Assembly: GCA_965215265.1 (NCBI GenBank)
Contig: OZ244048.1
Location: 2,304,001 to 2,368,000 of the forward strand
Direction: 5' to 3'
DNA: 64,000 bases
Origin: Candidatus Poribacteria bacterium
GTDB lineage: Bacteria; Poribacteria; WGA-4E; WGA-3G
In this document: piece by piece, positions 51,416-60,836 of the stretch
How the letters are laid out: each line of letters begins with the position of its first letter
How positions within the stretch are numbered: the first letter of the stretch is position 1
Made by a program: the position numbers and the translations under genes
Notes under the pieces: model-generated
What the model was told of the DNA's origin: nothing
Databases searched by the model: none
What the model saw: only the letters and a program-made list of their open reading frames with translations

Positions 51416-53344
51416 ATGAAAAAAACAGTGATTTTAACAATCCTGACGTTACTGGGCGTGACAACGCTACTATTAGCCACTTCATCAGACAATCATCCGT
51501 CGCAATTGCGGATTACAGAGCCAGAGCCAATAACGCTTACAGAACCAGAGCCAATAACGATCCAGCGAATTCTCATAAACGGGTTGCGGCTTGATGGCCC
51601 GGGAATAGTGAAGTACCCTACTAATCAGCTGCCTGACACTGAAGATTTCGCGTGTTACGACGACAACACGTTCATCTTACTGGAGCAATACAAGCAAACC
51701 TGCGGTATCACCTGCGCAGAGATGCTTTTGCACTACTACGGCAAGAATGTCAGCGCGGATCAGATCTGGGATAAGGGCGGCATTTATAGCGTGGATACCG
51801 GTGCGTGGCCTAACGAGTTAGTGGCTGCCTTGAGCAGACTCGGAGTGGATGTAATCTTGGAGAAGAGGCCGGATAATTGGTGGAAAGCGCTTCACGGTTT
51901 ATTCTACCAAGTAGAGCAGAACCGCCCGCCGATCGTCTTGCTCCGTTACGGAAACGTGTACCACTATTCGGTCGTCGTCGGGTTTGATACCACTGGTGTA
52001 ACTGATAAAGTAAAAGGAATCCGCAATGTTATACTCGCCGATCCGCACAACGTTTACCGAATCATGCAGCTGAATACGTTCCTAAAAGTCTGGTCTTTAA
52101 AGACTTCCGAGATAGAACTACCGGGAGGCGGCTTTAAGGGGATGGTGAACAAAGGTTTGGTAATCGCTGTGAACACGAAGGATTATAGGTACGTGAGCAT
52201 CAATCCGAGGATGCAACCGCAGGAACATTTCCCCCCGAATTGGTCACAACTGAAAGCCGATATGATTATCGGAGAAAAGAAGGCCAACTGGACCCTTGGT
52301 TTTTTCTCTAGTGGAAAGCGTCACTGGGAGCGGACGTACAGATTCAAGCATCCCTTTAAGTCTTACAGCGTCTCGGCAATAGATCCGTTGCTATGGGAGG
52401 TACCATCCTCGTGGGGTACAAGTGGCTATATGCAAGGGCATGAGGCCAAGTGGGGGGATGACGGTGCACACAAGCTGAGAATCTGGGGTCGCATTGAGCA
52501 CGGGAAGGTAACACGTGGGCATTTGTGGGTCATGGTCCGCACCTACCGGAACCGTAAGAAGGAAACCTTCCCCGCAGGCATGGCACTCATCCCCGCAGGC
52601 ACCTTCCAGATGGGCAGCGAGGATGCTGATGCCCGGGATAACGAGCAGCCTGTGCATACGGTGCATGTGGACGCGTTCTATATGGATACGCACGAAGTGA
52701 CGAACGCCGAGTATAAAACTTTTGTGCTGGCGAACCCCGAGTGGCAGAAGGGGCGGATTCCGGATGCCTTCCACAGCGGTAAGTACCTAAACCGTTGGGA
52801 AGGTAATAACTATCCTTCGGGTAAGGCAGACCATCCTGTGGCGAATGTGTCGTGGTATGCGGCGATGGCGTATGCCGCGTGGGCGGGTAAGCGTCTTCCA
52901 ACGGAGGCGGAGTGGGAGAAAGCGGCACGGGGTGGGAAGTCAGGGTTAAAGTATCCGTGGGGAGACAGGATAACGGAGAAAGATGCGAACTACGATAGGA
53001 ATGTAGACGATACAACGGCTGTGGGGAGTTATGCGGCGAACGGATATGGGCTATATGATATGGCCGGGAACGTTGAAGAGTGGTGTCTTGACGCTTATGA
53101 TTCGGATTTCTATTCTGCGTCTCCGTCTAGTAATCCGCTGAGTGGTGTGTCTGGCAATACGCTCGCGAATCTGGATGAGATTGTAGATAACTATACAGGT
53201 GTTAAGTCTCCTCGCGTGTTGCGCGGCGGTAGCTGGGGCCATAATAATTCACATTACCTGCGCGCTGCGGATCGCGACTGGACTCCACCGACGACCACGA
53301 GCCTCGTCGACGGGTTCCGGTGTGCGAGGGCTGTCACGCCTTAA
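51416..53344 (+). CDS. Secreted C39-like cysteine peptidase fused to FGE-sulfatase (CLec-fold) domain; putative DGR target
   Basis: AAGGAGG RBS, signal peptide, Q...TCG..C..M...YYG / HYSVVVG / LADP; C-terminal RLPTEAEWEKAARG, DMAGNV.EW, RVLRGGSW...GFRCAR. Confidence 0.85.
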   Translation: MKKTVILTILTLLGVTTLLLATSSDNHPSQLRITEPEPITLTEPEPITIQRILINGLRLDGPGIVKYPTNQLPDTEDFACYDDNTFILLEQYKQTCGITCAEMLLHYYGKNVSADQIWDKGGIYSVDTGAWPNELVAALSRLGVDVILEKRPDNWWKALHGLFYQVEQNRPPIVLLRYGNVYHYSVVVGFDTTGVTDKVKGIRNVILADPHNVYRIMQLNTFLKVWSLKTSEIELPGGGFKGMVNKGLVIAVNTKDYRYVSINPRMQPQEHFPPNWSQLKADMIIGEKKANWTLGFFSSGKRHWERTYRFKHPFKSYSVSAIDPLLWEVPSSWGTSGYMQGHEAKWGDDGAHKLRIWGRIEHGKVTRGHLWVMVRTYRNRKKETFPAGMALIPAGTFQMGSEDADARDNEQPVHTVHVDAFYMDTHEVTNAEYKTFVLANPEWQKGRIPDAFHSGKYLNRWEGNNYPSGKADHPVANVSWYAAMAYAAWAGKRLPTEAEWEKAARGGKSGLKYPWGDRITEKDANYDRNVDDTTAVGSYAANGYGLYDMAGNVEEWCLDAYDSDFYSASPSSNPLSGVSGNTLANLDEIVDNYTGVKSPRVLRGGSWGHNNSHYLRAADRDWTPPTTTSLVDGFRCARAVTP

Positions 53345-53589
53345 ATCTTTACCCCTTTACCCCTTCCGAGCTGCACGCAGCTCGGGTCGATGCGATTTTG
53401 TGTTGATTTTGAGATGTGTTATGTGTTCCCTGTTGCGACAAGCGTGGGGAGATTGTCCGAACAAGCGCCGGTCCAACAGGGAAAATCAGATCTATTTTAT
53501 ATAAACAGTATGGACAATGCCGTGGATGCTCTTGAAGAGATTCCGGCATCCGTTAGCCGCGAGCGTTTCGCGGCATGTGGAGGTATCTA
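53345..53589 (+). repeat. ~245-bp intergenic unit repeated at 54442-54685 (first ~45 bp again at 55679)
   Basis: Near-identical sequence from aatctttacccc to ggaggtatcta. Confidence 0.9.
53366..53385. promoter_or_regulatory. GC-rich 8-bp/4-nt hairpin after the variable region (DGR-target hairpin candidate); copies at 54463-54482 and 55699-55718
   Basis: ccgagctg-cacg-cagctcgg, about 21 nt after each stop codon. Confidence 0.7.
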
Positions 53590-54441
53590 ATGTGTAATAA
53601 AAAAGTGTCAATGATGTTTGCAATATTGGTGTGTATGGTTTTGGGGTTAGGTGGTGTTGGCGAAGTGTCGGGACGACGGGCCCCCGAAGGTATGGTGCTC
53701 ATCCCCGCTGGCGACTTCCAGATGGGCAGCGACGATGCTGAAGCCGATGGTGACGAGCAGCCTGTGCGGACGGTGTATGTTGACGCGTTCTACATGGACA
53801 CGCACGAAGTGACGAACGCTGAATATAAAACTTTTGTGCTTGCGAATCCCGAGTGGCAAAAGACGCGGATTCCGGATGCCTTCCATGATGGTGGTTACCT
53901 ATGGGATTGGAGCGGTAATAACTATCCAGCGGGTAAGGGAGACCATCCTGTGAGGTATGTGTCGTGGTATGGTGCGATGGCATATTCCGCGTGGGCAGGT
54001 AAGCGTCTTCCAACGGAGGCGGAGTGGGAGAAAGCAGCACGCGGGGGGTTAGTTGGTAAGAAATACCCGTGGGGAGACACGCTAACGCCGAACGATGCGA
54101 ACTACGATACTGGCGGTACAACGGCTGTGGGGAGTTATGCGGCGAACGGGTATGGGCTATATGACATGGCCGGCAACGTCTGGGAGTGGTGTCTGGATGC
54201 GTATGATGCGGATTTCTATTTTCATTCGCCGTCTCGGAATCCGCTGAGTGACGTGAACACCATATCGAATCTGGATGAGATTGTAGATAACTATACAGGT
54301 GTTAAGTCGTCTCGCGTGTTGCGCGGCGGGAGTTGGTACGGTACTACTACGCGGACCCTGCGTGTCGCCTATCGCGCCGGGTCTCCCCCGACGTACTCGG
54401 GCAACATCGGGTTCCGGTGTGCGAGGGCTGTAACTCCTTAA
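53590..54441 (+). CDS. Secreted FGE-sulfatase (SUMF1/CLec-fold) domain protein; putative DGR target
   Basis: GGAGG RBS, signal/TM segment, canonical FGE motifs, variable C-terminus. Confidence 0.9.
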   Translation: MCNKKVSMMFAILVCMVLGLGGVGEVSGRRAPEGMVLIPAGDFQMGSDDAEADGDEQPVRTVYVDAFYMDTHEVTNAEYKTFVLANPEWQKTRIPDAFHDGGYLWDWSGNNYPAGKGDHPVRYVSWYGAMAYSAWAGKRLPTEAEWEKAARGGLVGKKYPWGDTLTPNDANYDTGGTTAVGSYAANGYGLYDMAGNVWEWCLDAYDADFYFHSPSRNPLSDVNTISNLDEIVDNYTGVKSSRVLRGGSWYGTTTRTLRVAYRAGSPPTYSGNIGFRCARAVTP

Positions 54442-54685
54442 ATCTTTACCCCTTTACTCCTTCCGATCTGCGTGCAGCTCGGGTCGATGCGATTTGTGTT
54501 GATTTTGAGATGTGTTATGTGTTCCCTGTTGCGACAAGCGTGGGGAGATTGTCCGAACAAGCGCCGGTCCAACAGGGAAAATCTTATCTATTTTATATAA
54601 ACAGTATAGACAATGCCGGGGATGCTCTTGAAGAGATTCCGGCATCCGTTAGCCGCGAGCGTTTCGCGGCATGTGGAGGTATCTA

Positions 54686-55678
54686 ATGTGTGATAAAAAA
54701 GAGTCAAAGGTTTGGAGGGCAGTAATGTCCCCTAAAAGTGTTTCAACAGTTTTGAGGTATATCCTGTCCGCTAAAAAAGTATCAAAGGTTTGGAGGGCTG
54801 TAATGACTAATAGAAACGTGTCAGTGATGTTAGCCATATTGGTGTGTATGGTTTTGAGTTTAGGGGGTGTTGGCGAAGTGTCGGAACAATCGGCACCCGA
54901 AGGCATGGTGCTGATTCCTGCCGGTGAATTCCAGATGGGCAGCAACGATGCCGAGGCCGATGTTGACGAGCAGCCTGTGCATACGGTGCATGTGGACGCG
55001 TTCTACATGGATACGCACGAGGTGACGAACGCCGAGTATAAAACTTTTGTGCTTGCGAATCCCGAGTGGCAGGAGGGGCGGGTTCCGGATGCCCTCCATG
55101 ATGGTTCCTACCTAAGGCATTGGGAAGGTAATAACTATCCAGTGGGTAAAGGGGACCATCCTGTGAGGTATGTGTCGTGGTATGGTGCGATGGCTTATGC
55201 TGCGTGGGCAGGGAAGCGTCTTCCAACGGAGGCGGAGTGGGAGAAAGCAGCACGTGGTGGGTTAGTTGGTAAGAAATACCCGTGGGGTGACACGATAACG
55301 TGGGGTGACACGATAACGGCGAACTACAATGATAATGTAGGCGGTACAACGGCTGTGGGGAGTTATGCTGCGAACGGATATGGGCTATATGATATGGCCG
55401 GCAACGTTTACGAGTGGTGTCTGGACGAGTATAATGCGGCATTTTATTCTGCGTCTCCGTCTAGTAATCCGCTGAGTGGAGTGTCTGGTAGTACGCTCGC
55501 GAATCTGGATGAGATTGTAGATGACTACACAAATGTTATCTCATCTCGCGTGTTGCGCGGCAGTGGCTGGGGCGATAAGGTTGCACGGGACCTGCGCGCC
55601 GCTGATCGCGGCTGGAATAGGCCGACGTCCACGGACCTCTACACCGGGTTCCGGTGTGCGAGGGATGTCACGCCTTAA
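54686..55678 (+). CDS. Secreted FGE-sulfatase (SUMF1/CLec-fold) domain protein; putative DGR target
   Basis: Paralog of the previous gene; alternative starts at 54725 and 54803. Confidence 0.9.
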   Translation: MCDKKESKVWRAVMSPKSVSTVLRYILSAKKVSKVWRAVMTNRNVSVMLAILVCMVLSLGGVGEVSEQSAPEGMVLIPAGEFQMGSNDAEADVDEQPVHTVHVDAFYMDTHEVTNAEYKTFVLANPEWQEGRVPDALHDGSYLRHWEGNNYPVGKGDHPVRYVSWYGAMAYAAWAGKRLPTEAEWEKAARGGLVGKKYPWGDTITWGDTITANYNDNVGGTTAVGSYAANGYGLYDMAGNVYEWCLDEYNAAFYSASPSSNPLSGVSGSTLANLDEIVDDYTNVISSRVLRGSGWGDKVARDLRAADRGWNRPTSTDLYTGFRCARDVTP

Positions 55679-55859
55679 ATCTTTACCCTTTACCCCTTCC
55701 GAGCTGCGTGCAGCTCGGGGCGCTGCGATTTTTAACAGTTAGTAAAAAAGTAGACTGTAAATCCATCCTTATGCCTCCTTTTATTTTTCTTATTTATAGG
55801 ATAGCATAAGGATGGAGTCCCTCACACGCAAAATCAACTCATTTCTTAGGAGAGTTTAC

Positions 55860-56723
55860 ATGAGATACATCTATAACCCCTTCCTAAAAAGAATCCCGTA
55901 CTTCACAATTGCGATAGGCTTATTGGCATCCATCTTCTGCTTTTGCACAGGGTGCATGAACCTCAGCACCGTCGGGCGAGCTGGGAATTTACTCATTGAA
56001 GAATTAAGCGATGTAAACATCTTCACTGACGCAGAAGAGCGCCAATTGGGGCAGGCGTTCGTCGCACAGCATGAACAGAAAATTACGCTTTACACAGACC
56101 CTGTTGTCACGGACTATATTAACACGCTAGGACAGTCGCTCGTGCGTTACAGCAAACGCAGCAATATCCAGTATACGTTTAAAGTCGTAGACACGAAAGG
56201 TGTGAATGCCTATGCGGTGCCGGGCGGCTTCATTTACGTCCACCTCGATCTTATCCGGGCGGCGAAAACGGAATCGGAGTTAGCTGCAGTGATCGGTCAT
56301 GAAATCGGGCATATTGTCGGAAGGCATTCCATGAAACGCCTCACCCAAGTCTACGGTATTGAAATCTTAAAACAGGTAATTTTAGATGAGGACTCAGGCC
56401 ATGTCAAAAAACTAATCACGGAAATCTTCGCGGCAGGACTGCTCTTTCGATACAGTCGTGATCATGAACGGGAATCTGATGCTTACGGAGTCCAGAATGT
56501 TTACGATGCCTGCATAGCTCCCGAAGGGGCCGTGGCGTTCTTTGAAACCTTACGTGCGATGCGTGGAAGGGAACCCTCTGCACTAGAAAAGTTTCTATCG
56601 ACACACCCAGTGCCGCATGAACGCGTCAGGAATGTGCGTAACCAGATTGCCGGATTGCCGCCGAAATCCGGGTTGCGGACCGATTCCTCGCGTTTCCGTC
56701 AAATCAAAACGCGCATTCGATGA
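55860..56723 (+). CDS. M48 family metallopeptidase (probable lipoprotein)
   Basis: VNAYAVPGG, HEIGH, YSR..E.E.D, FLSTHP. Confidence 0.9.
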   Translation: MRYIYNPFLKRIPYFTIAIGLLASIFCFCTGCMNLSTVGRAGNLLIEELSDVNIFTDAEERQLGQAFVAQHEQKITLYTDPVVTDYINTLGQSLVRYSKRSNIQYTFKVVDTKGVNAYAVPGGFIYVHLDLIRAAKTESELAAVIGHEIGHIVGRHSMKRLTQVYGIEILKQVILDEDSGHVKKLITEIFAAGLLFRYSRDHERESDAYGVQNVYDACIAPEGAVAFFETLRAMRGREPSALEKFLSTHPVPHERVRNVRNQIAGLPPKSGLRTDSSRFRQIKTRIR

Positions 56724-56889
56724 CGCGTTAAATTAGCGCAACTTCTGAGCCTAAAAACGCGAAAATTGTTTGATTCCGATGCAAATTTATGATAGACTAA
56801 AAAATAAGCACTCACAGTTCACGTAGCTACAGCACAGTGCATGCCGATAATTTGGGGAAAACCAGACAAAAGGCTAAGGAGGTTTAACA

Positions 56890-57732
56890 GTGAAAACAGA
56901 CCTAAAGAAATTAGCACCTTATTCTCCCATTATTGCAATAATCGGAGTCATCATCGCTATCTCCGTGGGCTTCTTTGGATTGGATTATACGAAGGTTGGC
57001 TCGCTTGTTTCTAAGCGGCCAGCCGGTCCGCCTGAACGAGATACTTTTCCGCCTGAACGAGATACTTTTTCTTGGAACTTGGAGAGTAGAAGGGCCGTTG
57101 AAAGCGAGGGAGGCACAGTTCAGGCTCCCGGCACCGACAATTTTGTCAAAGGAGAAAGCGCATGTGGCACCGGTTTTGTCAGTAAAGAAAAAAGTGATGT
57201 CATCATAATTCCGTTGAAGAGCGAATGGAAGGACCCGCTCACCAATATAACTGCCGGCACCGTTGAATTGTGCGTAACCCCCTTACAGGATATCAACAAA
57301 AGAGAAGACAACCTTTCTTTTTTCAGAGCCCCACCGATTGACGGCACGTTGGTCTCTTTAAAGATTGTTAGTATTGAACGAAAAACGCCAGAACTGCGTC
57401 TGCGAGTTAAGAAAAACAGTGGTGAAAAGGGGAGCGTGAAGAGCACATCCATCCTTGATTGGAAATCCGGGGAACATCACCACATCATCGGAACATGGGG
57501 TGCAGCAGGACTGCATCTATACATAGATGGTGAGCACGTAGCAGGGAGGACTGACTTTAAAGGCGGGCCCGAAAATCTTCATGGAGAATTTGTGATTAAC
57601 AATACCTGGCACGAGGATGAACCTTTTAAATCCCCAACGCATTGCATCGTCAGCAACGTTCGCATTTCTAACTATCAGTGGGGCGCAGCAGAAGTGAAAG
57701 CACGTTTTGAGGAACTCCATCCGACCGAATAA
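56890..57732 (+). CDS. Membrane-anchored LamG-like domain protein
   Basis: N-terminal TM helix; GTVE, W..GEHHHI..TW...LYIDG, VRIS. Confidence 0.7.
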   Translation: MKTDLKKLAPYSPIIAIIGVIIAISVGFFGLDYTKVGSLVSKRPAGPPERDTFPPERDTFSWNLESRRAVESEGGTVQAPGTDNFVKGESACGTGFVSKEKSDVIIIPLKSEWKDPLTNITAGTVELCVTPLQDINKREDNLSFFRAPPIDGTLVSLKIVSIERKTPELRLRVKKNSGEKGSVKSTSILDWKSGEHHHIIGTWGAAGLHLYIDGEHVAGRTDFKGGPENLHGEFVINNTWHEDEPFKSPTHCIVSNVRISNYQWGAAEVKARFEELHPTE

Positions 57733-57866
57733 GTGCCTTGCGAGTCGCTTCGCGCACGCCCTAGTTTCCATCACTTTTTGTTGGGCACGCGCCTTATAAC
57801 TGCCTATTCCCTTCTGATCTAATCAACCTTAGAATTCTGTCCATCCGCGATTCAGACAGTGACATA

Positions 57867-59267
57867 TCACGATGCCCTCTTCGCTGAAAACGGCAGCCAC
57901 ATGAAAACTGTGGTGCCTTTACCGACTGTGCTTTCAATTTCTACATTCCCGCCATGCTCTTCAAGCACCCGTTTAACATTGGCCAATCCGAGTCCCGTGC
58001 CCTTTGTTTTCCTCGTAAAGAAAGGTTTAAACAGGTGTGCGAAATCTTCCTTCGGAATCCCGTCACCAGTATCCGAAACCTTGATGCCGACCTTATCCGA
58101 GGCGTTGACGGTAGATACAGTTAGCGTCCCACCTTGAGGCATCGCCTCTATAGCATTCAAAACCACATTCATAAACGCCTGTTTGAGTTTCTCGGCATCA
58201 AACGGAATTTCTTGCAATTCCGTTGCAAATTCGGCGACTAACTGAATTTGATGATGAGCGAGGTTCGCTTCCATTAATGCCAAGACGGCTTGCAATGCAG
58301 GGGCGAGGGGCTGTTGTACCAGATTGAGAGTGGTAGGACTTGCGAAATCCATCAATCCCTTAACAATGCCGTCGATACGCTCAATCTCCTCAAGGATATA
58401 CCGTAAAGATTGTTGGCTGCGTTCTTCAGTTATATCGGTTTTGCGGAGGAGCATTTGTGCCAACATCCGCATTGAGGATAGCGGGTTTCGGATTTCGTGT
58501 GCGAAGGAAGCAGACATTTTCCCGGCCGTGGCGAGCCGCTCCGCTTGAACAAGTTTATCCCGCGATCGTTCAAGTTCTCGCGTCATCGCGTTAAATGCAA
58601 TCGCCAGATCGCCAATTTCATCGTGAGTTTGCACATCGCAAGTTTTGTCTAATTCCCCCGTCGCAACCCGTTTTGTGAATTCAACGAGCCGATTGAGCGG
58701 CACCGTTAAATTTCTGCCAATGAAATGGCTGATTAATCCGACTGCTGCCATCACCAGCACAGCGATACCGAACATATACAACGTGAGGATCCGTTTTGCC
58801 TCCGCGATTTTTTCCATAGGTCGCAATAAGCAGTAGAGCCGCCCCTGAGGCAGTAATAGATAAAAGACTTTGTAAGGTCTTTCTCCGAGCGTTACGTCTT
58901 GTGTGACAGGGCTGCCATCAGGATTCTGTAGCCGTTGTTTCACCGCAGCAAGCCGCATTTTTTCAGCTAAATAACCCCAATCGTTCTCTTCATCAGAGAG
59001 CCCGGGCACCGTGCTGGCGTTAAGTGTATAATCTGACCCGAAAATCATCACCTCCGCGCTATAAGCCTGCTTAATTTTTTCAGTCCCTTCCTGAATATAC
59101 CCTGTTTTGAGAATCACATCAAGCCACCCTTGGGTTTCACGCGTAAACTGCTCGCTGTACTTCCACGCGAAGAATTCAACCGTTATTAACGGGACGACAA
59201 CCGTGACAACCGCGAAGAGCAGCAGAAATGGAAGCACAATTTTGGTTTGAATGCCATATCGTCGCAT
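57867..59267 (-). CDS. HAMP-domain sensor histidine kinase
   Basis: Two TM helices, DEIG.LA..FN.M, AHEIRNPL, N..EAM, DTG.GI, GTGLGL. Confidence 0.93.
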   Translation of the reverse strand: MRRYGIQTKIVLPFLLLFAVVTVVVPLITVEFFAWKYSEQFTRETQGWLDVILKTGYIQEGTEKIKQAYSAEVMIFGSDYTLNASTVPGLSDEENDWGYLAEKMRLAAVKQRLQNPDGSPVTQDVTLGERPYKVFYLLLPQGRLYCLLRPMEKIAEAKRILTLYMFGIAVLVMAAVGLISHFIGRNLTVPLNRLVEFTKRVATGELDKTCDVQTHDEIGDLAIAFNAMTRELERSRDKLVQAERLATAGKMSASFAHEIRNPLSSMRMLAQMLLRKTDITEERSQQSLRYILEEIERIDGIVKGLMDFASPTTLNLVQQPLAPALQAVLALMEANLAHHQIQLVAEFATELQEIPFDAEKLKQAFMNVVLNAIEAMPQGGTLTVSTVNASDKVGIKVSDTGDGIPKEDFAHLFKPFFTRKTKGTGLGLANVKRVLEEHGGNVEIESTVGKGTTVFMWLPFSAKRAS

Positions 59268-59584
59268 CAGAACGTCTCATCAGGTTTGTGGCCAGTATTC
59301 TCTTTCGAGAAATGTACCTTTTATGGTGAGTGTACCCGAATTTTGCGGCGATGTCAAGCGGTAAATGTTGAAGGAAAAGAACGGTTGCTGCGTCTCATAT
59401 AACATGACTGTTGCGAACTGTCCATAGTAGACGGAACTGCGGAGCAAAAAGGGAACTGTGTTATCAAGTGATGGACCCGATATACATGGAAAAATTGGAA
59501 CTTTTTAGACTGTAGGGTGTATAAACTTAACAGATTTCGCGAGTGAGATAAAAAAAATAATTTCGCCTACATGAGGTAAACAAG

Positions 59585-60268
59585 ATGGCAGATGCTAATG
59601 TAAAAAATGCTGACGATGTTGTCACAGGGTGCGTGCAATTACATTATATTGAAAAATCTTCGACAGTTCTCAATTTTGACAATGAGCAGGAACTGATTGA
59701 ACGGTTTCAAAATGGGGATACAGAGGCTTTTAATCCGCTGGTTCTTAAATATGAAAAAAAAGTGTATAACCTCATCTACCAACGTGTTCGCGACCGGGAG
59801 ACAGCCAAAGACCTGTGTCAAGAGACCTTTCTGAAGGCGTTTCAGGCGTTGGCTAACTTCAAACGTGAATCGGCTTTTTACAGCTGGCTTTACCGCATTG
59901 CTGTGAATTGTAGCATTGACTTCTTACGCAAAAGTAAGCGAAGCCCGGCCTTTAGATTTGAAGAATTAACACTTAGCGCTGACGACGAACTGAGGATGGC
60001 AGAATCGCAGCCGTCGGCATCGCAGGCTATTGAGAATAAAGAATTAGGCAGCATCATCCGGAAGGCTGTTCGTCATCTGTCGCCCGGACAACAACGTGTT
60101 TTTAATCTGCGGTACTACAAAGAACTTCAAATTAAAGAGATTGCTGCGCTTTTGAACCGTTCGGAAGGCACCGTAAAAACGCACTTGCATCATGCACATC
60201 GGCGTCTCCGGGATATGCTTCTCCCGTATTTGCAAAATGAACCGCTTACCTGGAACGGTGAAACTTAA
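59585..60268 (+). CDS. ECF (sigma-70 family) RNA polymerase sigma factor
   Basis: DLCQETFLKAF, FYSWLYRIAVN, EIA......GTVKT.LH.A. Confidence 0.9.
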   Translation: MADANVKNADDVVTGCVQLHYIEKSSTVLNFDNEQELIERFQNGDTEAFNPLVLKYEKKVYNLIYQRVRDRETAKDLCQETFLKAFQALANFKRESAFYSWLYRIAVNCSIDFLRKSKRSPAFRFEELTLSADDELRMAESQPSASQAIENKELGSIIRKAVRHLSPGQQRVFNLRYYKELQIKEIAALLNRSEGTVKTHLHHAHRRLRDMLLPYLQNEPLTWNGET

Positions 60269-60406
60269 AGCATGTACGGAATTGCTGCAAGTTTATCCGG
60301 ATATCGGCTATCAATTAAAGGTTAACACGGCATTTTAATTTGACAAACCCAATCAAATGTGTCTTCTTTGCTTGACGCTTTGATGATACGGGCTAGCATT
60401 TTAATT

Positions 60407-60434
60407 TGACAAACCCAATCAAATGTGGTATACT
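60407..60434 (+). promoter_or_regulatory. Sigma70 promoter of the tRNA cluster
   Basis: TTGACA-N17-TATACT; a 32-bp copy of its upstream part lies at about 60330-60361. Confidence 0.7.
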
Positions 60435-60467
60435 ATATACAACTTACCAATCAGGAAAATACAAACA

Positions 60468-60552
60468 GGTGGGATGGCTGAGTGGACGAAGGCGGCGGTC
60501 TTGAAAACCGTTGTGGCGCAAGCCACCGTGGGTTCGAATCCTACTCCCACCG
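60468..60552 (+). tRNA. tRNA-Ser(TGA)
   Basis: gcggt-ct-TGA-aa-accgt, long variable arm. Confidence 0.93.
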
Positions 60553-60600
60553 TTCCGTTGTGAAAGCAGTGCTTCCCATATTATTCTGTTTTTGCAAGTT

Positions 60601-60685
60601 GGAGAGGTGCAGGAGTGGTTGAACTGGACTGCCTGCTAAGCAGTTATGGCGCAAGCCATCGTGGGTTCGAATCCCACCCTCTCCG
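60601..60685 (+). tRNA. tRNA-Ser(GCT)
   Basis: actgc-ct-GCT-aa-gcagt, long variable arm. Confidence 0.93.
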
Positions 60686-60724
60686 TGTTATTGCTATTGT
60701 TGGTAACAGTTTAGAACTCTAAAC

Positions 60725-60798
60725 GCGCCTGTAGCTCAGTGGATTAGAGCATCTGACTACGGATCAGAAGGCCGGGGGTTCGAATCCTCTCAGGCGCT
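60725..60798 (+). tRNA. tRNA-Arg(ACG)
   Basis: tctga-ct-ACG-ga-tcaga. Confidence 0.95.
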
Positions 60799-60836
60799 TT
60801 GATGCCCTCATAAGATAGAGGTACAAGGGCGAAGAT

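Noticed and set aside
53590-55678. Functional formylglycine-generating (sulfatase-maturing) enzymes
   Set aside because: The catalytic Cys pair after RGGS is absent and that segment is the hypervariable region
47138-55740. tRNA-Val-anchored integrative element
   Set aside because: No integrase and no duplicated tRNA 3' end seen
50063-55860. DGR template repeat, reverse transcriptase or avd within the window
   Set aside because: No AAC-rich non-coding copy of the variable region and no RT (YxDD-context) ORF found by eye on either strand
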